64,000 nucleotides of DNA from Nemertoderma westbladi (lineage: Eukaryota; Animalia; Xenacoelomorpha): positions 1-64,000 of the forward strand of contig JAUCBJ010008015.1 in NCBI GenBank assembly GCA_032718475.1, written 5' to 3'. Positions 1-13,675 of this stretch are shown piece after piece (position 1 is the stretch's first letter; the number at the start of each line of letters is the position of its first letter). The translations under genes were made by a program, and so were the position numbers. The notes beneath the pieces were generated by a model. That model did no database searches. It was not told the origin of the DNA and saw only the letters and a program-made list of their open reading frames with translations.

Positions 1-1
1 A

Positions 2-936
2 CAACAACGTTGTCGGCTGTGTGCATCGAGAGACCATATTACGTCTATGGATACCAACGATCTCTGTTCCTATTTCCACGAGCAACCGTCGATGGAAATC
101 TATTGTGCATATTGTCGGCTTAATAATTTGCACATTTTTGCTGTCTGCCCCCAATTTATGACTCAATGCCATCATTGTCAATTAAAAGGCTTTGATTTGA
201 TTGTCCCTTTAACCATGATTTAGAGAGCGTAGATGAAATGATTGTACTACGTTATATCAGGGCTTGGGAAGCGAACGCTGATTTACATTGTGATTCGCGC
301 CATCGCTATTATCCTGGACGCGCTTACGAAGGAGTTTATGCGTTCCATCCTTATTTGTTTGCCTCCGTCGAGCAGAAATCGCGCCTATCAAGCTATGAAC
401 TATTGAAGCGCGTTGGAGAATGTATTTCAACCAAATATGTACGCAAATTCCTCAGGAGCATTAATCCGAGTGACATCAATTCGTATAACTTAATAAACTT
501 TATCCGTCAAGATCCGGCCTATGGAGACTTATTTGTCAACTCACACCCTGAGTTACAGGAAGTATATCGACGGCCTTACGAGTACAAAGCCCGCGAACGC
601 GAGTTGGAAAGAACCATTAAACCAAGGAAGTTTCTAACTGCCTATGGTCCACCCACGGCCCTCGTTCAGACCACTCGTAAAGGACCCGTAAGAGCGGCTG
701 TCTTGAAACGAGCTCTCAAAGCCGTTAGACCCCTCTCCCCGGACGTTGATGTCAATCAACCCGGTACTTCGACCGGCGGATATACCGATCGCAATCCCAT
801 ACCTTCTGATGCAATCATATTGCACCCTTCACCCAGGAGTTATAGCCCTCCTCGTAAAGTGGCTCGCCCCAAAGAGAAAAGGACTCTTGCTAGCTTTAAA
901 AAACTGCGTAAACGCCGTCCGCGCAAGAAAGACTAA
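2..936 (+). pseudogene. Frameshifted multi-CCHC zinc-knuckle protein with basic C-terminus (5' end outside window; probably TE-derived)
   Basis: Frame 2 (2-223) reads QQRCRLCASRDH...C..YCAYCRLNNLHIFAVCPQFMTQCHHCQLKG. Frame 1 is open from 196 (FDCPFNHDLESVDE) directly into the 232-aa ORF 238-936, which ends in KKLRKRRPRKKD. The frameshift lies at about 190-196. Confidence 0.5.
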
Positions 937-2313
937 CTGTTTAGAGTATTTTTATATTTTAGAAACTGTGATTTTGTATATTTTATAGACTTAAATCCCA
1001 TTTTCTGGGAGCGGTGTAAAAGCTTTTGTGGGATAACTGATACGTTTGCCTTTGCTGGCCAGTTCCCCCCCGGTCGCTAGAATACTCTCAAAGGGATTTA
1101 TAACTAAAATAGTGCAAGCTACCAGCTTATTGGCTGATGTGCTGTACGGAGATATCTGGGCTCAGTTTAATCGGCCAACTAGCTTAGAGAGGTTGCCTTA
1201 GCCTTGCTGTTCGTGTCGGCCAATAGAATTTGCGTAGGCGTTGATTTCGACCTATCCCAGCGCTACTGAACTGAATTTCCTATCTCTATGCTCATCCTCT
1301 GTGTTGAACGGGGCTTCGTGGAATAAGAGTTTTTGGTATACTCGTATAGTGGTAGTAGTCATATGATTTTATATGATTCTGTTGTTGTGTTCCCATTTTC
1401 GCCATAACACCGGCTTTTTGGGAAGAACTCTAGTAAAACTGCTTAAATTATCGAAAGTATAAACTGTTACCGAATCCTACTCACTAACGCATCTTAACAT
1501 ACTCACTTAATTTAACTGCATTAATCATATTGTTTGTACTGTTATTTTACCGTCAGTTATTAATTGTACCTATTTGTTGATGGAAATATTGCTCTTTGGA
1601 TAATACGGATAAATCACCCAAATTTCCCAATTTTCTTGATACACTACAGGTTAGAGAGACCGGCTATACATAACAATTGCGATTTATATTAATGTGGTGT
1701 GTATTAAATCTAATGTTATTTAGCAGACCCTACATGAGTCAATTACTGCTCTCTTTATGTGTGATCAAATATACTGACGGTCGGCAGAATAGTGTGCATG
1801 ATTGTGATTGGTAACAAAGTATTTCCTAAAGAATACGCTTTATACTTTAATCATAAGCAGTATCGTTGCGTTTAGTATAAGTCCTAGTTCTGTTTAAATA
1901 GATAGAGCGCCACGTCCTAAAGGAACTGTTAATATTTCCCGAAAGCCAATAATATCTGTCAGGAATTAATTATTAACGATCTATCGAATAATACAGTAAG
2001 TTTACGCTGCAACCTTACACTGCAATAATAAAATTTAAGCATCCGAATTCAGCCTCCCGGGTGTAGATCCATCGGGTGAATGATCGCGCATGGGCTGACT
2101 TCGGCTAATGTTTTGTGTATTAGCATAAATTGTTGTCGTATGCTAAAGGTGTTTTAATTAACTAAAAGACATATAAATTTTGGCAGGTTAAACTGCTAAA
2201 GGTCTTCAAAAGCGCGAACACTTGCTGTATTGCAATATATTACAGTATTCAGTTACCGGTATTAGTGTTTCTTTGGTAATTTTACTGAATTAAGCCTAAC
2301 AGAAGTAATTAAA

Positions 2314-2751
2314 ATGACAAGTTCCAGTGCAATCTTCGATGACTCTGAAGAAAAACGTATGGTTGACAGGATCAGAGATGTTACTTTTAGAAAGGGTCGT
2401 GATTCTGTGGCATAATCAAACTGAACTCAAACCAAAACGGCCCTTTTAAGGGCCAACATCCTTTGCCACTATCGAAGAGTTCCCCGTGCATCAAAGGGGA
2501 AACATGGCTGTAAAGCTGATGACTAACGCTGGATAAATTATATTTTTTTAATTGTGATTAAATCAAAAATATTGAAAAGTAAGATATGTTTAAAGAATTG
2601 CCTATAAAATTGTTATACTTTTGTATTGGACCCTAAATTTTTGCATGCAAGCTCAGAATTAAATTATCTTTAGAATGATATATTACACTAAAGTACATGT
2701 CTGGCAGTTTTGGCTGGCCAGGGGGGGGGGATCATTATGGAACACCCGGTA
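2314..2751 (+). mobile_element. Degraded Tc1/mariner-type DNA transposon remnant
   Basis: 2314-2405 translates MTSSSAIFDDSEEKRMVDRIRDVTFRKGRDS, resembling (from memory) the N-terminus of invertebrate Tc1-like transposases. It ends in a TIR-like ...ATCATTATGGAACACCCGG followed by TA. Confidence 0.4.
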
Positions 2752-2800
2752 GAAAAAACCAGATAGTTTAACAACTTCCGTCCTATTCAGCCAGCAAACC

Positions 2801-3626
2801 AATTATTTAGCGGTTTTATGTGATTCGTTTTTATTTTAATTATTTACCGGTTTTATGTGATTCGTTTTTATTTTAATTATTTACCGGTTTTATGTGATTC
2901 GTTTTTATTTTAATTATTTAGCGGTTTTATGTGATTTGTTTTTATTTTAATTATTTACCGGTTTTATGTGATTCGTTTTTATTTTAATTATTTACCGGTT
3001 TTATGTGATTTGTTTTTATTTTAATTATTTACCGGTTTTATGTGATTTGTTTTTATTTTAATTATTTACCGGTTTTATGTGATTCGTTTTTATTTTAATT
3101 ATTTACCGGTTTTATGTGATTTGTTTTTATTTTAATTATTTACCGGTTTTATGTGATTTGTTTTTATTTTAATTATTTACCGGTTTTATGTGATTTGTTT
3201 TTATTTTAATTATTTACCGGTTTTATGTGATTTGTTTTTATTTTAATTATTTACCGGTTTTATGTGATTTGTTTTTATTTTAATTATTTAGCGGTTTTAT
3301 GTGATTTGTTTTTATTTTAATTATTTACCGGTTTTATGTGATTTGTTTTTATTTTAATTATTTACCGGTTTTATGTGATTTGTTTTTATTTTAATTATTT
3401 ACCGGTTTTATGTGATTTGTTTTTATTTTAATTATTTACCGGTTTTATGTGATTTGTTTTTATTTTAATTATTTACCGGGTTTTATGTGATTTGTTTTTA
3501 TTTTAATTATTTACCGGTTTTATGTGATTTGTTTTTATTTTAATTATTTACCGGTTTTATGTGATTTGTTTTTATTTTAATTATTTACCGGTTTTATGTG
3601 ATTTGTTTTTATTTTAATTATTTACC
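2801..3626. repeat. 37-bp AT-rich minisatellite, ~22 copies
   Basis: Unit CCGGTTTTATGTGATT(T/C)GTTTTTATTTTAATTATTTA, read directly. Confidence 0.95.
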
Positions 3627-3831
3627 TGTCATGTATTGTGGGCAGTGTTGTACTCAAATAATACTCTGTTGGTTTAATGGTTAATTACTGTAGTAGGCAC
3701 TTATATCTTATATAATTTAGTTAATTATAAGTCTCTCTACCCTGAGGGTACAATATATAAAGTTATATATAATATTAGTATAATATATATAAATATAAAT
3801 AAAGGTTTATTAGAAATAACAATCAACTTAC

Positions 3832-3989
3832 CTCATAAGCAACTGGGACCATAAGAACAGCAAAGTTAGTTAAATGGTCGGACTGGCAGTCTACTAATTC
3901 CGTGGTGTTGCTTAGCAACTGGAGACCTTTGGGTGACCAAGAGGAGTTACTGGGGTCCCAGTAAACACACATTGGTGTCTGGTCGCTCT
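3832..3989 (-). CDS. aGPCR exon: GPS autoproteolysis motif
   Basis: tttag|...SDQTPMCVYWDPSNSSWSPKGLQLLSNTTELVDCQSDHL-TNFAVLMVPVAYE|gtaagt; 158 bp, phase 1 to 0. Confidence 0.92.
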
Positions 3990-4067
3990 CTAAATTTAAA
4001 TTAAATTTATTGTTCTAAAATATTACAAATTCAATTTAATAAGATGTTTTTGGTCGAAATTTAACAT

Positions 4068-7000
4068 GGATACATCAGTTCAACGGTGGGAGTGGTCGGG
4101 AGGTCCGAATATATCGGCTACTACCAATAGGATACATCAGTTCAACGATGGGAGTGGTCGGGAGGTCCGAATATATCGGCCACTACCAATAGGATACATC
4201 AGTTCAACGGTAGGAGTGGTCGGGAGGTCCGAATATATCGGCCACTACCAATAGGATACATCAGTTCAACGGTAGGAGTGGTCGGGAGGTCCGAATATAT
4301 CGGCCACTACCAATAGGATACATCAGTTCAACGGTGGGAGTGGTCGGGAGGTCCGAATATATCGGCCACTACCAATAGGATACATCAGTTCAACGGTGGG
4401 AGTGGTCGGGAGGTCCGAATATATCGGCCACTACCAATAGGATACATCAGTTCAACGGTGGGAGTGGTCGGGAGGTCCGAATATATCGGCCACTACCAAT
4501 AGGATACATCAGTTCAACGGTGGGAGTGGTCGGGAGGTCCGAATATATCGGCCACTACCAATAGGATACATCAGTTCAACGGTGGGAGTGGTCGGGAGGT
4601 CCGAATATATCGGCCACTACCAATAGGATACATCAGTTCAACGGTGGGAGTGGTCGGGAGGTCCGAATATATCGGCCACTACCAATAGGATACATCAGTT
4701 CAACGGTGGGAGTGGTCGGGAGGTCCGAATATATCGGCCACTACCAATAGGATACATCAGTTCAACGGTGGGAGTGGTCGGGAGGTCCGAATATATCGGC
4801 CACTACCAATAGGATACATCAGTTCAACGGTGGGAGTGGTCGGGAGGTCCGAATATATCGGCCACTACCAATAGGATACATCAGTTCAACGGTGGGAGTG
4901 GTCGGGAGGTCCGAATATATCGGCCACTACCAATAGGATACATCAGTTCAACGGTGGGAGTGGTCGGGAGGTCCGAATATATCGGCCACTACCAATAGGA
5001 TACATCAGTTCAACGGTGGGAGTGGTCGGGAGGTCCGAATATATCGGCCACTACCAATAGGATACATCAGTTCAACGGTGGGAGTGGTCGGGAGGTCCGA
5101 ATATATCGGCCACTACCAATAGGATACATCAGTTCAACGGTGGGAGTGGTCGGGAGGTCCGAATATATCGGCCACTACCAATAGGATACATCAGTTCAAC
5201 GGTGGGAGTGGTCGGGAGGTCCGAATATATCGGCCACTACCAATAGGATACATCAGTTCAACGGTGGGAGTGGTCGGGAGGTCCGAATATATCGGCCACT
5301 ACCAATAGGATACATCAGTTCAACGGTGGGAGTGGTCGGGAGGTCCGAATATATCGGCCACTACCAATAGGATACATCAGTTCAACGGTGGGAGTGGTCG
5401 GGAGGTCCGAATATATCGGCCACTACCAATAGGATACATCAGTTCAACGGTGGGAGTGGTCGGGAGGTCCGAATATATCGGCCACTACCAATAGGATACA
5501 TCAGTTCAACGGTGGGAGTGGTCGGGAGGTCCGAATATATCGGCCACTACCAATAGGATACATCAGTTCAACGGTGGGAGTGGTCGGGAGGTCCGAATAT
5601 ATCGGCCACTACCAATAGGATACATCAGTTCAACGGTGGGAGTGGTCGGGAGGTCCGAATATATCGGCCACTACCAATAGGATACATCAGTTCAACGGTG
5701 GGAGTGGTCGGGAGGTCCGAATATATCGGCCACTACCAATAGGATACATCAGTTCAACGGTGGGAGTGGTCGGGAGGTCCGAATATATCGGCCACTACCA
5801 ATAGGATACATCAGTTCAACGGTGGGAGTGGTCGGGAGGTCCGAATATATCGGCCACTACCAATAGGATACATCAGTTCAACGGTGGGAGTGGTCGGGAG
5901 GTCCGAATATATCGGCCACTACCAATAGGATACATCAGTTCAACGGTGGGAGTGGTCGGGAGGTCCGAATATATCGGCCACTACCAATAGGATACATCAG
6001 TTCAACGGTGGGAGTGGTCGGGAGGTCCGAATATATCGGCCACTACCAATAGGATACATCAGTTCAACGGTGGGAGTGGTCGGGAGGTCCGAATATATCG
6101 GCCACTACCAATAGGATACATCAGTTCAACGGTGGGAGTGGTCGGGAGGTCCGAATATATCGGCCACTACCAATAGGATACATCAGTTCAACGGTGGGAG
6201 TGGTCGGGAGGTCCGAATATATCGGCCACTACCAATAGGATACATCAGTTCAACGGTGGGAGTGGTCGGGAGGTCCGAATATATCGGCCACTACCAATAG
6301 GATACATCAGTTCAACGGTGGGAGTGGTCGGGAGGTCCGAATATATCGGCCACTACCAATAGGATACATCAGTTCAACGGTGGGAGTGGTCGGGAGGTCC
6401 GAATATATCGGCCACTACCAATAGGATACATCAGTTCAACGGTGGGAGTGGTCGGGAGGTCCGAATATATCGGCCACTACCAATAGGATACATCAGTTCA
6501 ACGGTGGGAGTGGTCGGGAGGTCCGAATATATCGGCCACTACCAATAGGATACATCAGTTCAACGGTGGGAGTGGTCGGGAGGTCCGAATATATCGGCCA
6601 CTACCAATAGGATACATCAGTTCAACGGTGGGAGTGGTCGGGAGGTCCGAATATATCGGCCACTACCAATAGGATACATCAGTTCAACGGTGGGAGTGGT
6701 CGGGAGGTCCGAATATATCGGCCACTACCAATAGGATACATCAGTTCAACGGTGGGAGTGGTCGGGAGGTCCGAATATATCGGCCACTACCAATAGGATA
6801 CATCAGTTCAACGGTGGGAGTGGTCGGGAGGTCCGAATATATCGGCCACTACCAATAGGATACATCAGTTCAACGGTGGGAGTGGTCGGGAGGTCCGAAT
6901 ATATCGGCCACTACCAATAGGATACATCAGTTCAACGGTGGGAGTGGTCGGGAGGTCCGAATATATCGGCCACTACCAATAGGATACATCAGTTCAACGG

Positions 7001-10000
7001 TGGGAGTGGTCGGGAGGTCCGAATATATCGGCCACTACCAATAGGATACATCAGTTCAACGGTGGGAGTGGTCGGGAGGTCCGAATATATCGGCCACTAC
7101 CAATAGGATACATCAGTTCAACGGTGGGAGTGGTCGGGAGGTCCGAATATATCGGCCACTACCAATAGGATACATCAGTTCAACGGTGGGAGTGGTCGGG
7201 AGGTCCGAATATATCGGCCACTACCAATAGGATACATCAGTTCAACGGTGGGAGTGGTCGGGAGGTCCGAATATATCGGCCACTACCAATAGGATACATC
7301 AGTTCAACGGTGGGAGTGGTCGGGAGGTCCGAATATATCGGCCACTACCAATAGGATACATCAGTTCAACGGTGGGAGTGGTCGGGAGGTCCGAATATAT
7401 CGGCCACTACCAATAGGATACATCAGTTCAACGGTGGGAGTGGTCGGGAGGTCCGAATATATCGGCCACTACCAATAGGATACATCAGTTCAACGGTGGG
7501 AGTGGTCGGGAGGTCCGAATATATCGGCCACTACCAATAGGATACATCAGTTCAACGGTGGGAGTGGTCGGGAGGTCCGAATATATCGGCCACTACCAAT
7601 AGGATACATCAGTTCAACGGTGGGAGTGGTCGGGAGGTCCGAATATATCGGCCACTACCAATAGGATACATCAGTTCAACGGTGGGAGTGGTCGGGAGGT
7701 CCGAATATATCGGCCACTACCAATAGGATACATCAGTTCAACGGTGGGAGTGGTCGGGAGGTCCGAATATATCGGCCACTACCAATAGGATACATCAGTT
7801 CAACGGTGGGAGTGGTCGGGAGGTCCGAATATATCGGCCACTACCAATAGGATACATCAGTTCAACGGTGGGAGTGGTCGGGAGGTCCGAATATATCGGC
7901 CACTACCAATAGGATACATCAGTTCAACGGTGGGAGTGGTCGGGAGGTCCGAATATATCGGCCACTACCAATAGGATACATCAGTTCAACGGTGGGAGTG
8001 GTCGGGAGGTCCGAATATATCGGCCACTACCAATAGGATACATCAGTTCAACGGTGGGAGTGGTCGGGAGGTCCGAATATATCGGCCACTACCAATAGGA
8101 TACATCAGTTCAACGGTGGGAGTGGTCGGGAGGTCCGAATATATCGGCCACTACCAATAGGATACATCAGTTCAACGGTGGGAGTGGTCGGGAGGTCCGA
8201 ATATATCGGCCACTACCAATAGGATACATCAGTTCAACGGTGGGAGTGGTCGGGAGGTCCGAATATATCGGCCACTACCAATAGGATACATCAGTTCAAC
8301 GGTGGGAGTGGTCGGGAGGTCCGAATATATCGGCCACTACCAATAGGATACATCAGTTCAACGGTGGGAGTGGTCGGGAGGTCCGAATATATCGGCCACT
8401 ACCAATAGGATACATCAGTTCAACGGTGGGAGTGGTCGGGAGGTCCGAATATATCGGCCACTACCAATAGGATACATCAGTTCAACGGTGGGAGTGGTCG
8501 GGAGGTCCGAATATATCGGCCACTACCAATAGGATACATCAGTTCAACGGTGGGAGTGGTCGGGAGGTCCGAATATATCGGCCACTACCAATAGGATACA
8601 TCAGTTCAACGGTGGGAGTGGTCGGGAGGTCCGAATATATCGGCTACTACCAATAGGATACATCAGTTCAACGGTGGGAGTGGTCGGGAGGTCCGAATAT
8701 ATCGGCTACTACCAATAGGATACATCAGTTCAACGGTGGGAGTGGTCGGGAGGTCCGAATATATCGGCCACTACCAATAGGATACATCAGTTCAACGGTG
8801 GGAGTGGTCGGGAGGTCCGAATATATCGGCCACTACCAATAGGATACATCAGTTCAACGGTGGGAGTGGTCGGGAGGTCCGAATATATCGGCCACTACCA
8901 ATAGGATACATCAGTTCAACGGTGGGAGTGGTCGGGAGGTCCGAATATATCGGCCACTACCAATAGGATACATCAGTTCAACGGTGGGAGTGGTCGGGAG
9001 GTCCGAATATATCGGCCACTACCAATAGGATACATCAGTTCAACGGTGGGAGTGGTCGGGAGGTCCGAATATATCGGCTACTACCAATAGGATACATCAG
9101 TTCAACGGTGGGAGTGGTCGGGAGGTCCGAATATATCGGCCACTACCAATAGGATACATCAGTTCAACGGTGGGAGTGGTCGGGAGGTCCGAATATATCG
9201 GCCACTACCAATAGGATACATCAGTTCAACGGTAGGAGTGGTCGGGAGGTCCGAATATATCGGCCACTACCAATAGGATACATCAGTTCAACGGTGGGAG
9301 TGGTCGGGAGGTCCGAATATATCGGCCACTACCAATAGGATACATCAGTTCAACGGTGGGAGTGGTCGGGAGGTCCGAATATATCGGCCACTACCAATAG
9401 GATACATCAGTTCAACGGTGGGAGTGGTCGGGAGGTCCGAATATATCGGCCACTACCAATAGGATACATCAGTTCAACGGTGGGAGTGGTCGGGAGGTCC
9501 GAATATATCGGCCACTACCAATAGGATACATCAGTTCAACGGTGGGAGTGGTCGGGAGGTCCGAATATATCGGCCACTACCAATAGGATACATCAGTTCA
9601 ACGGTGGGAGTGGTCGGGAGGTCCGAATATATCGGCCACTACCAATAGGATACATCAGTTCAACGGTGGGAGTGGTCGGGAGGTCCGAATATATCGGCCA
9701 CTACCAATAGGATACATCAGTTCAACGGTGGGAGTGGTCGGGAGGTCCGAATATATCGGCCACTACCAATAGGATACATCAGTTCAACGGTGGGAGTGGT
9801 CGGGAGGTCCGAATATATCGGCCACTACCAATAGGATACATCAGTTCAACGGTGGGAGTGGTCGGGAGGTCCGAATATATCGGCCACTACCAATAGGATA
9901 CATCAGTTCAACGGTGGGAGTGGTCGGGAGGTCCGAATATATCGGCCACTACCAATAGGATACATCAGTTCAACGATGGGAGTGGTCGGGAGGTCCGAAT

Positions 10001-10553
10001 ATATCGGCCACTACCAATAGGATACATCAGTTCAACGGTGGGAGTGGTCGGGAGGTCCGAATATATCGGCCACTACCAATAGGATACATCAGTTCAACGG
10101 TGGGAGTGGTCGGGAGGTCCGAATATATCGGCCACTACCAATAGGATACATCAGTTCAACGGTGGGAGTGGTCGGGAGGTCCGAATATATCGGCCACTAC
10201 CAATAGGATACATCAGTTCAACGGTGGGAGTGGTCGGGAGGTCCGAATATATCGGCCACTACCAATAGGATACATCAGTTCAACGGTGGGAGTGGTCGGG
10301 AGGTCCGAATATATCGGCCACTACCAATAGGATACATCAGTTCAACGGTGGGAGTGGTCGGGAGGTCCGAATATATCGGCCACTACCAATAGGATACATC
10401 AGTTCAACGGTGGGAGTGGTCGGGAGGTCCGAATATATCGGCCACTACCAATAGGATACATCAGTTCAACGGTGGGAGTGGTCGGGAGGTCCGAATATAT
10501 CGGCCACTACCAATAGGATACATCAGTTCAACGGTGGGAGTGGTCGGGAGGTC
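4068..10553. repeat. 62-bp satellite, ~105 near-identical copies, intronic
   Basis: Unit GGATACATCAGTTCAACGGTGGGAGTGGTCGGGAGGTCCGAATATATCGGCCACTACCAATA; only rare single-base variants. Confidence 0.97.
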
Positions 10554-11149
10554 ACATCCGTAGTAGCTGCAGGGTGGTGCTGGGTTTTGGTAATTAGATT
10601 TTGTTCTAGAGGTTGTACAATGCCTTGTTTGCTAAGTGAACAATATATATTATGCTATATGAAACATCTGTGTGTGTATTGTTGTAGCATACCGACAGGG
10701 GCTGATATTTAACAGAGGCTCTGGAAATATATCATCTGATAGTCAGAGCTTTGATTCCAATGGATTTTCGTAGCCTTGGTAAAATATTTAGTATATTAGA
10801 GTAGTTATTTTAGATGCCAGTTGTTTTCTGCGTGACAAACAAGGCCACCCAACAAATGAACACAAAGCAAATAAAGGAAAGTTTACAGTTATCTAAGTTT
10901 ACAGTTAGGATTTTCGTACTTGTAGTATTTACACAAACATTAACATACAGACATTGTAATTGGATCACGTCTGTTCTATACCGCTGAGTAGTCTATGAGT
11001 ACAACCGAAAGTTTCTGAGATTAAACCCATATCATATATTTTCTTAAATTTCTTTGATATCTTTAAACATAACGTACCGATTTTGCCTTCCTTTTTGGTT
11101 CTGATTGAGTCCAATTACCGATTTGTTAAGGTTTGTGCTAATTACTTAC

Positions 11150-11256
11150 CTTTTGGAGTTAGAAGTTCCAGCCGATACGATATTGGGTCTTCTAACGGGG
11201 TGTTGGGTGGTGGATCTATCGTTAAAGAGATTACTTTAGTAGCCACGGTTTCATTG
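11150..11256 (-). CDS. aGPCR exon: GAIN subdomain B
   Basis: NETVATKVISLTIDPPPNTPLEDPISYRLELLTPK; tttag and gtaagt boundaries; 107 bp, phase 2 to 1. Confidence 0.85.
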
Positions 11257-11822
11257 CTAAATTAAATAATTTAATTTTTACTCAAAATTCTAAAAACTTA
11301 TTCTCATAAAACTTATTCTGAATACAAATTTATCCAAACTTCAAATCTTCTAAATCCAAACAATTTTATCAAAAGAACAAGAAATTATCGATTACGTAAC
11401 TGTTGTCGATAAGTTTGATACAGTTTGACAGAGTTATAGCGGCACACATCTTAACAAGTAAGCCCTAACGGTCTTCTATAATTGAATATAATTTTATGAT
11501 ATCTCGAGAACCGATCTTGGAGTTTGTTTTAATATGATTGTACAGTTTGGTGAACTGCATACAACGATTGAACGATATAACATAATCCATATGTCGGATG
11601 ACAGGGTACGCTGAAATCAGACTTTACCAAAAATATGTCAAGCCAATATCGATGTGCAACAAACATACAGAAAGACAAACAAACATACGTTTTTTTGACA
11701 GAAATAAGCCCTATAACGGTACAAAAACGAAATACACAAAATATGGGATAAAAATGTGCGAACCAATTTAATTAATATCTCAAATTAAACTGAAACTGAA
11801 ACTAATTCTGCACTAATATAAC

Positions 11823-12007
11823 CTTTTGTGATCCGCCGCTTCCAATGTCGGGAAGAACGAACCAACGACAGTGACATACTGAGCGGAAATAGTTGATATA
11901 ACAGAAGCGGGAATGTTGACTCCGTCTCTCTCGGTAACTAGGCCTTTAGGAGGAATTACAACGGGCTCGGTAACATCCTGTGGTCGCAGTTTGTAAACTA
12001 TAATAAC
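11823..12007 (-). CDS. aGPCR exon: GAIN subdomain B
   Basis: VIIVYKLRPQDVTEPVVIPPKGLVTERDGVNIPASVISTISAQYVTVVGSFFPTLEAADHK; 185 bp, phase 0 to 2, matching both neighbours. Confidence 0.8.
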
Positions 12008-12735
12008 CTATATAGAAATAAATCCAATGGAACCTTACACATCTGTTTGCTGGTACTGGAGTAGCATAAAAGTAAAAAAACTCCGGTAAATATAACTATT
12101 CACATAATTGTGTGCAAAGTAGCGCTTTGCAGCGTTATGACCCGAGTTTATTTATGTACCGAGCGAGCGCAGCGAGGGAGGTTTACATAAATAAACAAGG
12201 GTCTTTAACGCTGAAAAGTAACCTTTGCAAGCAATGTTGTATGTAATTTTGTTACATTATCTCAACTTATCAGCGTTCGGTTTGTTAAGAAAGGATTTTA
12301 TGGATACTCATTTATACATTTTAATCATGTACTATATCGAATATAAGTTAAATTGAGTCACCGTCTGTGTCCGCTCAGTTTTACTTGACACTGTCGCCAT
12401 ATTTTCTTTGCTCCTTTTCTCTAAAATGTCTTCTATAGGACGTTTGGAGTACAGTCTTACACGTTAAACAATTTTTACATACAGTATCTACTGTGTAGTG
12501 AACTAATTTGTACCGGTCGAGATGGTCAGGTCAATACGGTACCAAGTCAGCTAAGTATGGTGTAATATCTATTAGTAAAGTTAAAAATCATTGATCACAA
12601 TAATCAGTTAAGTTATCTATTATTCACTTTCAACAAACAAAATACATACTACAGTACTATAGTCTACAGAAACATCGAACTCTTTTAACCTCAATAACTC
12701 TATGAACAATCCATACTAGCTGCCCGAGTACGATA

Positions 12736-13675
12736 CGTGTGGCTAAGTCACACGAATAGTTCCCAAAAGGCACTTTGGCATTTTCCAGGTACCTAAATAA
12801 TTGCAACCAGCGTAAATGCCAAAATGCCAGAGTGCTTTTGGGGAACTGTAGAATGATTCTAACAGTTCCCCAAAGACATTATGGCATTTAGTTGAAATTC
12901 ATTATTCGCTGAGATCCGGGTTGGGTTGGCCTAAAGAACTTTATCCTTTTTAAGAACCGTTTACTGTATAAGTGTAAAGTGTGTAGGCCATATAATGTAC
13001 TCCATAACATATACAATAATATTTAATTGATAAAGTATTACTTAGTTATTGTAGTTCAACATAGTATTAATATTCATTCACAGTATTGACTGCAGATAGG
13101 GGGGACTTTCAACGCAATACAAATTAATCCCTCTCCAGGGGAAATTCGACGCAAATAACAGCTGATTACTATCAAAAATAAAATACCGGTAATATTTCAC
13201 ATTTCATATTTCAAAATTCCCGCCAGTTTCTCGTAATACTGTTTATCCTTTATACCGGTGATATTTCAAAATTCCCGCCAGTTTCTGGCAATATTTCAAA
13301 TATTTCAAAATTCCCGCCAGTTTCTCGTAATACGGTTTATCCTTTATACCAGTAATCATACACCATTTATTTATTTATTTTGTGCTCGTAAAAGACCTGT
13401 TGGTCGAAAATTTGCACACAGTTTAATTTAATTAATTAATTTGTTATTAATATTATTAATTTGTCACCGCGAGTTTGGTCGTTCTTAACAATCTCTTCTT
13501 AACAATCAATATGATACCCCCGGTGACGTGGGCGAAAGAATATCTTAAGGATTTATACTACAGTTCCCAAAAAGCACTCTGGCATTTTGGCATTTACGCT
13601 GGTTGCAATTATTTAGGTACCTGGAAAAAATGCCAAAGTGCCTTTTGGGAACTATTCGTGTGACTTAGCCACACG
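12736..13675. mobile_element. Non-autonomous TIR element (MITE-like) with ~116-bp TIRs and TA TSD
   Basis: 12736-12851 is the near-perfect reverse complement of 13558-13675 (CGTGTGGCTAAGTCACACGAATAGTTCCC...). TA flanks at 12734-35 and 13676-77. Confidence 0.85.

Noticed and set aside
3626-3740. Possible TM1 exon with CAG|GTAAAT donor at the edge of the 37-bp repeat (a third donor satellite)
   Set aside because: No hydrophobic open frame or convincing acceptor upstream; it cannot be supported as an exon.
4068-10553. CRISPR array or hammerhead ribozyme array (CTGATG on minus strand)
   Set aside because: No unique spacers or cas genes and a eukaryotic context; the sequence is CUGAUGU, not CUGANGA, and there is no GAAA partner.
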